NCBI GenBank assembly: GCA_951406725.2 | Contig: OX597840.1 | Coordinates: 39,370,001-39,434,000 of the forward strand | Direction: 5' to 3' | DNA: 64,000 nt | DNA from: Octopus vulgaris | Lineage: Eukaryota | Shown here: piece after piece, positions 14,876-32,057 of the stretch | Position numbering within the stretch: the first letter of the stretch is position 1 | How the letters are laid out: every line of letters begins with the position of its first letter | Position numbers and translations under genes: made by a program | Notes under the pieces: model-generated | The model's input: the letters and a program-made list of their open reading frames with translations, nothing else | The model's database searches: none | Told to the model about the DNA's origin: nothing

Positions 14876-15678
14876 TATTGAGATTATGAGATATCTAATA
14901 GACTTGGAAGACCCCTCTTCCAAAAGTCTCTTGTCCATGGCGAAAAGTACTCCTCCAGTAGTGTTTTGACTTCCTCTACAGAATTCATATTTTTTCCGTC
15001 GAAATCATTTTGGAGACTGCCGAATAAATGATTAGTTGGGGAATGCCCAGCAAATATGTTCGAGTGGCATCGTTTCCCATTCAGACTGCTCCAGCCTTTG
15101 GAATGTCATCCTCCTTATATGTGGCTGGTGGAATAAAACCTTTCGTCTTGAAGCAAAAGATGGTCGTTTTCCGATGCCATGTATGTGCCGCAGACTGTTT
15201 GAATGACAAAATCCAAGTTTCTCTGCAAGTTCCTCAACTCTTACAATGGCATCTTGTTCCACTAGGTCATGTAGGACGTTCTCGTTGATCTCTCAAATCT
15301 TCCAGGGTGAGGCTTGTCTTCTAAGCTATAGTTTCCGGCTTGGAATTTCTGGAACTACCATTGACATTGGCTTACGCTTATTGTCCGATCATCATATACT
15401 GCATTAATATTTTTCGCACTTTTCGTTGCGTTGTTGCCTTTATTGAACTCGAAAAGCAAAATATGCTGAATATGCTCATTTGCCACTTCCATTGTAGCTT
15501 TGAAAAAATAAGTGTTAAAATCGAACTGCACTCTTCAAAACTTGAACTAAGAAGAAGCACAAGGAAAAGTTGATATCCGCTTTTAAAGGAAGTTGATGCA
15601 GGAGTTTTATACTTCCCCCTTCGTCCTTTAGTTCATGCAATAGAAAAAAAAACCATAATTTATGGGATGACCCAATAT
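14876..15678 (-). mobile_element. Decayed, internally deleted mariner (Mos1-like) transposon
   Basis: From ATG at about 15492: MEVANEHIQHILLFEFNKGNNATKSAKNINAVY...W*FQKFQAGNYSLEDKPHPGR, then VEELAEKLG (HTH) and HIRRMTFQRLEQSEWETMP; stops and frameshifts; TATTGGGTCATCCCATAAA TIR-like end at 15660-15678. Confidence 0.85.
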
Positions 15679-15794
15679 ATAGCGAGATATATATAGATAT
15701 ATAGATAGATAGACATTAAAATATATATTATATTCTTGCTCTGTACATACAGACACACATATATACATATACATATATATATATATATATATAC

Positions 15795-15883
<89 letters not shown>

Positions 15884-15889
<6 letters not shown>

Positions 15890-16197
15890 TAAATTAGAGA
15901 TAAAACCACTATTAGGCAAATCATACAATGAAAAACTTAAGCCAATACATAAGATTAATTAATTTATATTATTTAAATATATATCAAAATTATTAAAAAA
16001 AGATAATTAGTATAACACTACGATCGTTTCATGGCTGTCCAATTCGTAAAAATTCGAGTTACAGTCATTGCATGATTTGCCTAATAGTGGTATTATGTCT
16101 AATTTAATATAATATAATATTTTACTATAAAATTGGATTCAATCCTAAATCTGATTTTTCCCTGTAAGTTTGGATTCATTCCCTAATATTTTATTAT
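15884..16197. mobile_element. (TA)n-flanked PLE-like unit with about 48-bp inverted repeat (15884-15931 / 16065-16113); related fragments at 23790-24030 and 51340-51450
   Basis: TATATTAAATTAGAGATAAAACCACTATTAGGCAAATCATACAATGA versus TCATTGCATGATTTGCCTAATAGTGGTATTATGTCTAATTTAATATA; 3' half of a hammerhead (GAAACGATCGTA) on minus at 16019-16030. Confidence 0.65.
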
Positions 16198-16671
16198 ATA
16201 TATATATATATATATATACATAAATTATGAGTATATATTTTTTGTTATATATCTAATAATTATGAAATCAAATGTCTTCATAGAACAGATTTACTGTAAA
16301 AGTATTAATCTTTTTTTTTTTCTTCCTCGATAGAATAAAATGCTCCTGCAAAGATTTCGAATAAAAATATTTTCGTATAAGTAAAAGTTTTACTGACTAA
16401 ATTTTAGTTTTTCCTATAACAAAAACTACTTTACAACAGAAATCATATAATTCTCCGAGTGACTTCGCCGGCCTTAACATTGCAAAATTTATTGTTTTTC
16501 AATGTAATTTTATTTCAAATACAGGCGCGAACGCGACACTTTAGCCCAACCCTGCCCCACAGACACTTAAAAACGTAGACGGACAATCGCATGACCATAT
16601 ATAGTTTTGGTGACAGAAGCCGGAAACTAGAAAATGTATGTACGTTATTATGTTAACAACAGGAGATAAAC

Positions 16672-16906
16672 ATTTATTTCTTTATTGTGCACAGGGGACT
16701 AAAATTAGAGAGGACAAACACGGACAGACAAAGGGATTAAGACGTGTACATCGACCCCAGTGCGTAATTGGTACTTATTTAATTGACCCCGAAAGGATGA
16801 AAGGCAAAGTCGACCTCGGCGGAATTTGAACTTAGATCGTAACAACGGACGAAATACCGTTAAGCATTTCGCCCGGCGCGCTAACGTTTCTGACAGATTG
16901 CTGCCC
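16672..16906 (-). mobile_element. SINE-B copy, tail type 1
   Basis: Full head, body and tail match. Confidence 0.88.
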
Positions 16907-17017
16907 TAACAGATATACATATTGACTCAGGAACTGGAATTTCCGTGCAATGTATATACAAATTGCCATCCTTCGAATCATATTACCACTTCTGCTGTTA
17001 CATACACATACATATAC

Positions 17018-17108
<91 letters not shown>

Positions 17109-17110
<2 letters not shown>

Positions 17111-18340
17111 TTCAGTAAAACTTAGATTCAGATGAATATGGTACTTAAGTCAAAGGCACCAGAATTGTGTATGGTATTATCCATATAAATCAAATGGAGT
17201 GATTATAATCAAAATAAGCAACAAGGATATACAAGGTAGAGTAGTACAATTGTTTTATGCTACTTCATTTTATTAAACACTGTAAGTATTACATCAGTTT
17301 TAAAAAATGTCGAGCAATCTTCAGCCACTTATAGAAATTTCCAATCAAACAGACAATACACATCCTTATCTCTATTTCATTTGCCAATATTGTAAAGAGG
17401 GTAGATATATAGACAGAGAGGTTGATTTCATTCTTAAGAACATGATAGTAGTAAATTTACGCTATGACTGTAGATTTTATCGTTGAGTTTACTTTGATTT
17501 AGATCTGTCAGTGGGGAGGGTTTTTTTATTTTTGGTTGGATGGAGACAAAGAATTTTTTCTAGTTATAGATATAGGAAGGGGTAGTACAGTTGTCAAAAC
17601 CATAAACCTATTTCCATCTTGAGGAATTCAGTTTAGACACATTTGAATGTATTATAGCAAAAAGCTAGGTTGAAGTTAGAGCTGTAGGGGAACTTAGACT
17701 ACTAGATGTTTTAATGTCCCTTACCATTTGACATCCAGATTCTATATTAAGAAATCTAAGTAAATATCGTTGAGATAATTTTCTAAAGGATTTCAATAAA
17801 TATTAGTATCTTATATAGGGATAGAAAATATAGAAATCATTTCATATTTATATGAATATATATATATATATCCATTTCTATTAATATATAATCATAATTA
17901 GCTGGTAACTGGTGATTTTATAACTGAGTTGAATTAAAACAAAATGTTAGACATAATATTTACTAAGTGTGGAAAAATAACTTTATTAATTTAGCACATA
18001 TATCAGGAGTCAATAAGATGTATTAAAAGTAAAGGAAGGGGGGTAATCAAGATGAACCAAATAATTTCTCTAGATATATAGAATTTTTTGTAATTATTTC
18101 ATATTAATATATCTCTATTTCTATTAATATAGAATCATAATTAGCTAGTAAATGGCGATTAGTTTTATTAAGGAGTCGAATTAAAAGAATATGTGAGGCA
18201 TAATATTTACTACCTGTGGAGAAAAACTTGTCAATTCAGTAAAGATATCAGGAGTCAAAAAGATATATTCAAAAGTAATGGAGGGGAGGTAATCAGGATG
18301 AACCAAGTAATTTACCTAGATATATTGAATTTTTTTGGCA
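17109..18340 (-). mobile_element. Highly decayed Penelope-like element 3' region with an internal about 243-bp tandem duplication (17875-18090 / 18118-18335)
   Basis: Ends in (TA)n; decayed hammerhead remnants (CTGATG...TAAAACAATTGTA) at 17243-17300; PYSSNFN..C..CLN-like remnant of a GIY-YIG C-terminus near 17630-17700; the duplication is directly visible. Confidence 0.45.
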
Positions 18341-18554
18341 TCCAATATGGGAGAATATCAAAAAAAATTCTAATTTCATGATATTCAGATTTATATATAT
18401 AATGAAATTTCTTAGTAATATATGCAGGTTAAATAAAAACTAGTATGGTATAATAATTTTTTTAGACTTGATTATACAACGTACAGTAAACTTATTCGAA
18501 AAGAACTGAACTTGAGATACAAAATAACTACAAAGAAGAACCTGAGGGATATCA

Positions 18555-19430
18555 ATTTAGAAATGATCCTTCCAAGTCAATCAGGTTCATCGCCAGATAT
18601 ATGAGAAGGTCTCAGTTTCTTTGCATGAAGACATTCAGTATTCCTCATATAAAATGTGAATGAGCCAATTTTTTGACCAAGCCATGATGAACAAGAGAAA
18701 AGATCGCGTTACGAAGCTTTTGAAAAACTCAAGCATCCCCTAAAACCGAACGTTCTTTGCTTTTTCTCAGACGAGAAAAATTTCTGCCAGGATCATATTG
18801 TGAATACACAGGAAAACAGTTGGCTGTCGTGTACCCAACAAACATATACCGAGAGTGTTAAAAATCAAGCATCCAGTCAACATCACGGTGTTTGGAGTGA
18901 TCACTAGTGATAGCGAAGTTATACCTCCATTCATCTTCCTACTCGGCCTCAGACTCAACACAGAAACTTACATCAAGGACCTGTAAGAGGTAGTGCTGCC
19001 CCTGGCTCATGAGGTTAGCTGCTGGGGACCCTATTGCTGGCAACAGGTCTATGCACCATCCCACCCAAGCAGAACACAGTCATGGAACTCAGAATATATC
19101 TGCGAGTACATCACCCCTAACATCTGGCCACCTAAGTCCCCAGAGTGCCACCTCCTTGATTATTATGTGTGGGGCGCAGTTAAGCGAGAGACCAACAAAA
19201 CTCATTGTAACAGCAAACGATTGTGACAGGTTTCACCAACTTACACCAGAAGACGGTCCAGAGGAGTTGCAAGAGGTTCCGACATCGTGTAGATGCAGTG
19301 TTATGAGCCAAGGGCAATTTTATAGAAGAAATTTATTCTTTCGTAATTATGATAAATATATCGGTTAAATTGAGATGCCAGTGTTATTTTCATTTTACGT
19401 AATTTAGACAACATATTAACCGCATCCCCC
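18555..19430 (+). mobile_element. Decayed IS630-Tc1-mariner superfamily transposase
   Basis: Fragments DPSKSIRFIAR, FSDEKNFCQD, KHPVNITVFGVITSD..PPFIF..GLRLNTETYI, WQQ..PSH, WPPKSPECHLLDYYVWGAVKRETNK with stops and frameshifts. Confidence 0.88.
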
Positions 19431-19436
19431 CCTCCC

Positions 19437-19472
<36 letters not shown>

Positions 19473-19476
19473 GCCG

Positions 19477-19538
19477 GATAACTGAAGAGATGGCGGCGTG
19501 GATTTTCACCCCGACATCCCGAAACTCGGAGTTTTATC
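19477..19538 (+). ncRNA. Type-I hammerhead motif with long stem II (family 3), within unit 19472-19645
   Basis: GATAA-CTGAAGA-GATGGCGGCGTGGATTTTCACCCCGACATCCC-GAA-ACT-CGG-AGT-T-TTATC; (TA)n immediately upstream. Confidence 0.72.
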
Positions 19539-20053
19539 ATGGCTACCGAATAATTGTTACATATGACATTTACAGATAAATTCTTCTATTTTACATAATA
19601 TATAGGTATCTTTCATTCTTTTGTTGTCTATCCATTTCTTTCAATACACACACAAACACACACACACACACACACACAGATATATATATATATATATATA
19701 TATATTTACATCCCCATACACATACTGATATCTGAAAAGTAAATCGACCAAACCTCATTATACACTCTTACATGTCTGCACACATATTTTGATACTTAAA
19801 TCTCGATAATGTATTTTCCGCACAACGCATGCCTATTAAATGTTAGATTAAATAGTTCAATGCATTAATGACATTATTTTGTTTCGAGAAATAAATTCTT
19901 CAAAAATGGCTGTCTTTTTATTTTTGAGGTGTTTGTGTTTATAAACACTGCGAGCGTGTGACTTGTACCCACGCATGCTTTATGTATGCGATATTTACAC
20001 ACGCACATACACACACACAATCGTATATGTGTGTATGACAGAGTGTATATATG

Positions 20054-20109
<56 letters not shown>

Positions 20110-20170
20110 CGTATATACATATTTATATATATACACATATAGGTATATATATTTATATATATATTCAAAT

Positions 20171-20216
<46 letters not shown>

Positions 20217-20285
20217 TAATTGTTATCGCCATATTAAGATGGCAGTCTTATAGATATAAGACTAAAGCTGTCGATGTATATATAT

Positions 20286-20403
<118 letters not shown>

Positions 20404-21099
20404 GTATTGTATTGATGTATATGAATAAAGATAGATAGACAGACAGATAGATAGATAAATAGACCGATAGATAGATACATAGATAGATAGATATTGATGT
20501 ATGTGTGTGTCGTCAAGTGCGTATCTATTCATATATGCATAAACGCTTGAGTTATTTATTGCGATGTGAAGACGAAAACACTTTACGCGTACATTTTAGT
20601 GCAAATAATATAAAATAAACAAAATTTATTTAGCTGTACCCGAGAATTGATATGTAAAACATATCCTATTCAAATTTAATTAGCTCAATAAAATCGAATT
20701 TTGATTATATATCTAGAAAATTCATATAGATATTTGAGTATCGAGCCAGACGATTTAATGCCTGTTAGTTTGTGTTTCGGATTTGCGCACCTACTTGAAT
20801 TGCATCGTTCTAAATCGATCGTTATCTGAGTTTCATACCTATATACATATATACATAGATATACACAAACTCAAGCACGCACAAAGACATATATATACAT
20901 ATATAGGTAGATATAGGGAGAGAGAATGGGAGAGATACGAGGGATCGAATATAAACTGAGTTTCATTCAAGTTTCATATATGTTTACACAATCATGCACA
21001 AATTTAGGCAGATAACTTATTTACGTGTAAAATAATGTTACCCATATTGGTATCTTTCTTTCCCTGGAAGCACATACACATAGTCATATATACGTATGT

Positions 21100-21156
<57 letters not shown>

Positions 21157-21159
<3 letters not shown>

Positions 21160-21310
21160 AGAGTTTACGAAAAAAACAAAAGACGAAGACAGGTCGTGTA
21201 GAAAACAAACAGATGTATTAGTATATCGCTCAGGAATAGAAAAAAATCTTTTACATTTCGAGCCTACGCTCTTCTACAAAAAGGGACAGAGAAAAAACAA
21301 GGAGAGAAAA
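21157..21310 (-). mobile_element. Hammerhead-bearing unit, family 5; motif at 21248-21283
   Basis: CTTT-TTGTAGA-AGAGCGTAGGCTC-GAA-ATGT-A-AAAG; 3' end AACTCTCCC joined to (TA)n. Confidence 0.7.
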
Positions 21311-21627
21311 ATATATATATGTGTATGTATGTATGTATGTATGTATGTATGTATGTATGTATGTATGTATGTATGTATGTATGTATGTATATGTATGTAT
21401 ATTGTGTTTGTATGTGGTCGTCTGTGTATATATGTGTTTGTGTGTATACAGCACCTGGAAGAATTTTTTAGTCGAATGTATCGACCACAATGGTTTTTCG
21501 TTTTTATGGCTGGCAATTATTTTATCGATCTTTTCATCAAACTGCTTTTCAAGCGGTCTTGGGGGAGAAAGACAGACAGAAACATCCGCACACGCATATA
21601 TACGAATATATATGTCTATGTACGCAA

Positions 21628-21733
<106 letters not shown>

Positions 21734-22631
21734 TGTATGTGTGTGTATATATAATAAGGGTGAAAATTGAATATCAAAGATATTTTGTAATTTTTTCATT
21801 TGTCTTGTTCGCTTACGTTCTGGTGTTTGCTGAATTTTCTTGAGAACAATCTTTTCTTAGTGGTCAGTGCATATGGGATCTACCTTTAGCATAATGCATG
21901 TCCACTTAGTGGTAATCCCTCTCATATCAGTGTATATATATATGTGTGTGTGTGTGTGTATGTATGTGTGTCTGTGTGTATGTGTGTCTGTGTGTGTGTC
22001 GCTATGCAGTGTTTACGTATAATCACAATTTAGGTTCGTTGAAATACGTTTGTCACATATTTCAACTGCTAAAGGCAAATACACTGCAGTTACCCTGGAG
22101 AAAAGAATCTCTCTTATGGTAACAAGGTGTCAAACCACCCAGTTTGTTCAGTGTCGCCCTCTCTTGGGATTCTCAGAAAGCGATGTTTCGAGTTTATTGA
22201 TTCTGTCGATGAGTTGTACCTAAGAGAGGCATCTATCCTCTCTCTCTCCTACAAATAATTAATCCACATTTGGATTATTTTAAGTCTAATCATTTACTTA
22301 ACGTCCCTAGGAGAAACACAAGCAAAATTGTTTGATTACAACCATATCTAACTTTTTCTTTTCCTTCTCTAATCTCTTTTATTTATTTTTCATCGGTTTT
22401 ATTACCAAATATGATAAATATTTTTAACATATGAAAGGCAATACCATACAATATTGAAAGCAGAAACAGCTGTTTGATGCGATGGTGTCTATTTGTATTG
22501 AATAGATAGATAATAATTGATATAAGGCAAATGGTTTTCATCAATATTTCTCCATTTTCTGTTTTCTACCCTCGAACTTTCTCTCACTTTTTCTTTCTTG
22601 CTCTTTGTCTCTGTCTGTTGGTGTCTCTTTC

Positions 22632-22692
<61 letters not shown>

Positions 22693-22693
22693 A

Positions 22694-22806
<113 letters not shown>

Positions 22807-22819
22807 GTTTGTCTATCGG

Positions 22820-22862
<43 letters not shown>

Positions 22863-23522
22863 GTTTGTCTATCGGTCTATCTATCTATCTATCTATCTAT
22901 CTATCGTTTGGGTTTTAGTCTTTTTTTATCAGTTAGGGTTTCGTAAAAAACCTAACGCTAATTATATAAAGATAAAGAAAATAAAAGATAGGACGTTGAA
23001 TAAAGGTATTTTTTAAATAAGTGGATCAGTTACCTTTCGGTATGTGTTTCCACTATTGGCCTTCTGCATTGTACAACCATCTTTATCCAAGCAGATAACG
23101 AACACCTCAGAGATAAATAAATATAGCTCAGATGGCAGACAGGAATTCATTTCTGTTGTGTCAATAGAAAACAGAAACAGGCGAATCCTGCGCATATCGT
23201 GATAACATCTATGACACAACTAAAAGCTTTTATTGGTTTCCGTTATTGTACCGAAAGTAATATACGTGGTGGTCTTCAATTCCATAAACGAGCAAATGGA
23301 CAATCGTTCTGGCAAATATATTCTTCATATTATGACCCGAAAGTGGATGAAAGGCGGATTTCATTTCAGCGGATTTTTAAAAGCAAGATGGAAAGAAAAG
23401 TAATTAAAGTAAGCGTTTAGTCTGACAATTTACAGATTCTGTCCATCGATATATTGCATATTCAAGGAATATGGATATCCTCGAGTAGGTATCCATGGAC
23501 CGGGTACGAGGAAATATGTATG

Positions 23523-23690
23523 CGCACAGGCGTGGCTGTGTGGTAAGAAGCGTGATTTCCAAGCACATGGTTTCGGGTTCAGTACCACTGAGTGGAAGCT
23601 TGTGCAAGTGTCTTCTACTAAATAGCATCGAGAGGACCAATACAATGTGAGTGGATTTTGTAGACAGAAACTGACAGAAGCTTGACGTAT
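23523..23690 (+). mobile_element. SINE-A 5' half
   Basis: CGCACAGGCGTGGCTGTGTGGTAAG..GGGTTCAGTACCACTG..GCAAGTGTCTTCTAC; ends at the internal microsatellite. Confidence 0.82.
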
Positions 23691-23692
23691 AC

Positions 23693-23740
<48 letters not shown>

Positions 23741-24038
23741 GTGTGTGTGTGTATGTGTGTGTGTGTGTGTGTAAATATTATATATATAACTTAAATTAGA
23801 GATAATACCACTATTAGACAAATCAAACAGTGAAAAACATAAACCAAAAAATAAATATAATTGATATAATATACAAAATATACAAAATATACAATTTAAA
23901 ATTTTTAATTTATATTTATAAATTTATAAAATTTTAAACTTTTAATTTTTTAATATTTATATTTTTTTATATACAACTATCAAAAAGGTATTAAAATGTT
24001 TAATATAATATAAGTAAAACCACTCCCTAATATTATTA

Positions 24039-24100
<62 letters not shown>

Positions 24101-24112
24101 AATTACTTACAA

Positions 24113-24154
<42 letters not shown>

Positions 24155-24614
24155 TTCAGCAATACGACAATACGAGTAAGCACGTTATGAAAAGCGGTGT
24201 GTAGAACCATCCGTTAGCCTGTACGAAACTGTGATATCTATGTAAATGTACATTTGTTTGTGTGTGTAGGTGTGTGTGTGCGTGTGTGAGTGTGTGTGTG
24301 TGTTTACGTGTGCAGGCGCACGTATGCGTATACATCAGTGCGTGGGCGTATATGTGTGATGTTAACAACAAAGAAGATAAGGACAAGAATCCGTCAAATG
24401 TAAATAATATAAATAATGTCCTTTCTCCCAACGGCATATCAGTGTTCGAGAATTGTGGAGTCTTGAGACCTTCTCGGGTGGAGCAGGGTATGTATACACG
24501 TTTTGTAATTATGATAAATCTGTAGGAGCGGAGATATAAATTTAATAAATCACGAAGATTTGTTGCAAGGTTTTTGAGATCGTGGTATTTGTTTACACAC
24601 ACACACAAGCCTAT

Positions 24615-24801
24615 ACTCTTTTACTCTTTTACTTGTTTCAGTCATTTAGTCGAGCAAATCGACCCCCGGGACTTATTCTTTGTAAGCCCAGTACTTATTC
24701 TATCGGTCTCTTTGCCGAACTGCTAAGTGACGGGGACGTAAACACACCAGCATCGGTTGTCAAGCAATGCTAGTGGGACAAACACAGACACACAAACACA
24801 T

Positions 24802-24858
<57 letters not shown>

Positions 24859-25024
24859 ATATACGACAGGCTTCTTTCAATTTCCGTCTACCAAATCCAT
24901 TCACAAGGCATTGGCCGGCCCGAGGCTATAGCAGAAGACACTTGCCCAAGATGCCACGCAGTGGGACTGAACCCGGAACCATGTGGTTGGTAAGCAAGCT
25001 ACTTACCACACAGTCACTCCTGCG

Positions 25025-25027
<3 letters not shown>
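24615..25027 (-). mobile_element. Near-consensus full-length SINE-A
   Basis: tRNA-like head with A/B boxes, CORE-like CTTGGGCAAGTGTCTT, internal (TA)/(TG) tract, tail ATGACTGAAACAAGTAAAAGAG. Confidence 0.92.
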
Positions 25028-25071
<44 letters not shown>

Positions 25072-25199
25072 ACAGAGAGAGAGATGGATAGATAGATATA
25101 TAGATAGATAGATAGACAGACAGAGAGACAGAGAGATGGGTAGATAGACAGACAGACGCATAGACAGGTAGATAGATAGATAGATATATATATATATAT

Positions 25200-25232
<33 letters not shown>

Positions 25233-25752
25233 GAGAAGGCACGTAAATATGTAAAACAATGGGAAGACAAATATGGATGGATATATAGGTAGATACTTAG
25301 ATTGTCAGATAGAGAGAGAAATTAATAACATTGTGCGCGTGCGTGATGGGATACTTTTTCTCTATGTTTACGAATGTCTTTCCGTCTGTACGAATAGATG
25401 CATATTGACTGACGTATTAAATGATAGATATAACCTGATAGCTAGAGTCTAGTATATCAATTTCGAGATAGATGTCAAAACAATACATTCACCATACGTT
25501 CAATGATTCCTCGGACAGGAACAAAAGCATTCACACACACAACACACACATACATACATACACACATGTAGCTTTTTGGTGTGTGCGCGTAACTATTAAG
25601 TGCGAACGTACGAGAGAGCTACTGGGCGAAAGAAGAAGCACGTCAGAGCGGTCGGAGAATTCTTACGCGCAAAGCTCGTTAATAATATATACATATAAAC
25701 ATACGCAAACACACCTACACTCTCTACTACATACATATGTTTGTGCGTGTGA

Positions 25753-25783
<31 letters not shown>

Positions 25784-25922
25784 TATATATAGACATAACT
25801 ATATGTGTGTGTGCGTGCGTTTGGGTGTGTGTGTGTTTGTGTGTTTGTTCAAGTATGTATACATACATACATTCACACACACATATACACACATACACAC
25901 ATATATAGATATATATATTATT

Positions 25923-25960
<38 letters not shown>

Positions 25961-26006
25961 AATATATATACACACACACATTTATAAGTAGGTATGTAAT
26001 CACAAA

Positions 26007-26057
<51 letters not shown>

Positions 26058-26164
26058 ATATATTATATATGCGCATATATATTTATATATTTGCGTGTCT
26101 CTTTGTATCTATGTATATACACACATATATATATATATATATATATATGCATATACGGAAATAA

Positions 26165-26211
<47 letters not shown>

Positions 26212-26726
26212 GATAGATAGATACAGACATACGTACATACATATATATGTATGTATGTATTATGTATATGCATATACGTACACGGAGAAAGAAGTGGAGA
26301 GCGTGGGGTGGGCGGTAGGGCAGGGGGATGATCTAGGATGCAACTTCCCTTACGTTAGACAACAGATGAAGACGGCAAATGACAACGATCTTTTCATTTC
26401 AAAACGTCTCTTCTTCTCTTGTGATCTGTCTTATGTAATCTTGAGAATCATGGGAAATAAATGTTTTTAAGAGCCTGACAACCTACGGCGGCGCGGGTTA
26501 TGTGGCCGTCAATAAAATAGGCAACGCCGGTGCATGATGATTGAAGAGGTTGTATTGCGCATGTCAACTTTGCTCGACCTGGCCATTTGTCATCACCTTC
26601 GCAGAATACCTGCGTATCTATATCTTTATCTCATCTCGTAATCTCTCTGCCCGTATCTACCTGTATAAGTGCGTGTGTGTGTGCGTGTGTATGAGTGTGC
26701 GCGCGTGTGATTGTGCGTGTGCGTAA

Positions 26727-26762
<36 letters not shown>

Positions 26763-26765
<3 letters not shown>

Positions 26766-27168
26766 CGCAGGAGTGGCTGTGTGGTAGGGAGCTTGCTTAC
26801 CAACCACATGGTTCCGGGTTCAGTCCCACTGCGTGGCACCTTGGGCAAGTGTCTTCTCCTATAGCCTCGGGCCGACCAAAGCCTTGTGAGTGGATTTGGT
26901 AGACGGAAACTGAAAGAAGCCCGTCGTATATATGTATATATATATATATATGTGTGTGTGTGTTTCTATATCTGTGTTTGTCCCCCTAGCATTGCTTGAC
27001 AACCGATGCTGGTGCGTTTACGTCCCCGTTACTTAGCGGTTCGGGAAAACAGACCGATAGAATAAGTACTGGGCTTACAACAAAAGAATAAGTCCCGGGG
27101 TCGAGTTGCTCGATTAAAGGCCGTGCTCCAGCATGGCCGCATTCAAATGACTGAAACAAGTAAAAGAG
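26763..27168 (+). mobile_element. Near-consensus full-length SINE-A (CORE-like domain, CR1-like tail)
   Basis: GGCGCAGGAGTGGCTGTGTGG (A box), GGTTCAGTCCC (B box), GCACCTTGGGCAAGTGTCTT (CORE-like), tail GCTCCAGCATGGCCGC..ATGACTGAAACAAGTAAAAGAG. Confidence 0.93.
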
Positions 27169-27183
27169 TATATGTATAAGTAA

Positions 27184-27490
27184 AGGCGCATGGTTCAGGG
27201 ATTAGAGCGTCGAGATTACGATCGGGAATTTGTGAGTTCAAATCCTGGACCGGACTGTGTGTTGTGTTCTTGAGCAAGTCACTTTATTTCACGTTGCCCC
27301 ACTTCACCCAGCTGTAGAAATCAGTTGTGACGTCACTGGTGCCAAGCTGTATCAGTCCCTTTGTCTTTCCCTTGGATAACATCAACCCTAGTTTGTGTGT
27401 TCGCCCGTAAGGCGATTTACCGCCCGAACATTTTTCCTCGGAAGGGAACCTTTTAGTTGCACTCAGGTCATTCGTGACCGACGGAGTCAA
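27184..27490 (+). mobile_element. SINE-C copy (tRNA-derived)
   Basis: GGCGCATGGTTCAGGGATTAGAGCG..GAGTTCAAATCC head, TGTTCTTGAGCAAGTCACTTT CORE-like block; homologous to 39381-39717 and 40575-40886. Confidence 0.85.
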
Positions 27491-27549
27491 GTGAATGTAA
27501 ATTCTTTGAGATAAACAAAATAAATTAAATAAATAAGATAAAAAAAATA

Positions 27550-27875
27550 AATGAATTCAATATAAATTATAAATTATAAAAATCGAGGAAAAAACTTAAA
27601 TTTGCGTATGCATATGTATATGTGTATTTGTGCGTATATTTACGTCTTACATATACATGTCTGCATATGTATGTCGTCTATGTATATCCATCTGTGTATT
27701 TTGATGGTTTAGAATGAGTATATACTGTTAAGAAATATTTTGATTTCTAATGTATTAATTGTATTAATCGAATTATATTTCATATATAAATACTGACAGT
27801 TTATATTTTAATCCGCTCTTCGATTTAAGGTTTTTTTCTCGAATTTTATAATTTATAATTTATATTGAAATCATT
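27550..27875. repeat. Inverted repeat, about 52-bp arms with about 220-bp spacer
   Basis: AATGAATTCAATATAAATTATAAATTATAAAAATCGAGGAAAAAACTTAAAT versus ATTTAAGGTTTTTTTCTCGAATTTTATAATTTATAATTTATATTGAAATCATT. Confidence 0.8.
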
Positions 27876-28140
27876 GATTTTGTTTATCGCATGCTTAAGA
27901 CCGTTATTTGAAAGAACCAATGAAACGAATCCATTTTTAAAGATGTGTCCTTTAACTACTTTTGATCATATTGTTATTTCTGTTCAATTTTAACAAAACA
28001 GTCCGACGAACGGGAACGTGATATCCTGAGTAACAGATTTTGTTATATTTCTGCTGCTTTTAAATAAAGCATATCACTCTACCTCTGATATTTGAGTACT
28101 CTTTTTTCCACTTTGTTTCACACTTATGTGCTTACTCCAG

Positions 28141-28171
<31 letters not shown>

Positions 28172-28197
28172 CTGTATTTCGGGATGGTCATTTTGCT

Positions 28198-28234
<37 letters not shown>

Positions 28235-28890
28235 ACACGCATTGTATATATACATTTCTTCACTCGTTAATTTTGTTAGTTTAACGCCTGTCCAATGTCC
28301 AGATATCTTTCTTCACACATTTGGTGACCTCTTCAGCGACACTTTTCGTTTCCGCGTGTATCCTTCCTCCATTTAACCCATTCTGTACCTCCAAGATATG
28401 CATCCTTATGTGCGCATGCGTTTGTATTTCTTGTTTGTGTAAACGTGTGTGTGTCAGATTTTAACAGTAGTGTGGCCTTCCTCTCAGCCCCAGCATCTCA
28501 CCCCATTTTGCTGCTGTCCAAATACCCGAGAAACGATGAAAAACAGAAAAAAAAAGGTACAGTATTCCACAATTTATGGATGTTCGTCCCCGGTGTTGCC
28601 ATCGTGGTAAATGTTGTTGTTGATATTACCATCGGCGGCACCAATGTACACCCATATATTATTGAGGCATAATCAAACATCCAGATACCATCTAATCACG
28701 TGCTACGTTGTTATTCTGAAAAACTGGAACACGTGATGCGATCAACCGAAGATGCACTTTCTTTCGTTTTTGTTTGTTTTTGGGGCTTTTTTTTTCACTT
28801 TGTTGTGTCTTTTAATTCTTTTCATTTTTTCCTTTCTGACATTTTTGATGTTATCCAAATTTATTACTGACAATAACATTTCTTTAGGAC

Positions 28891-32057
<3,167 letters not shown>

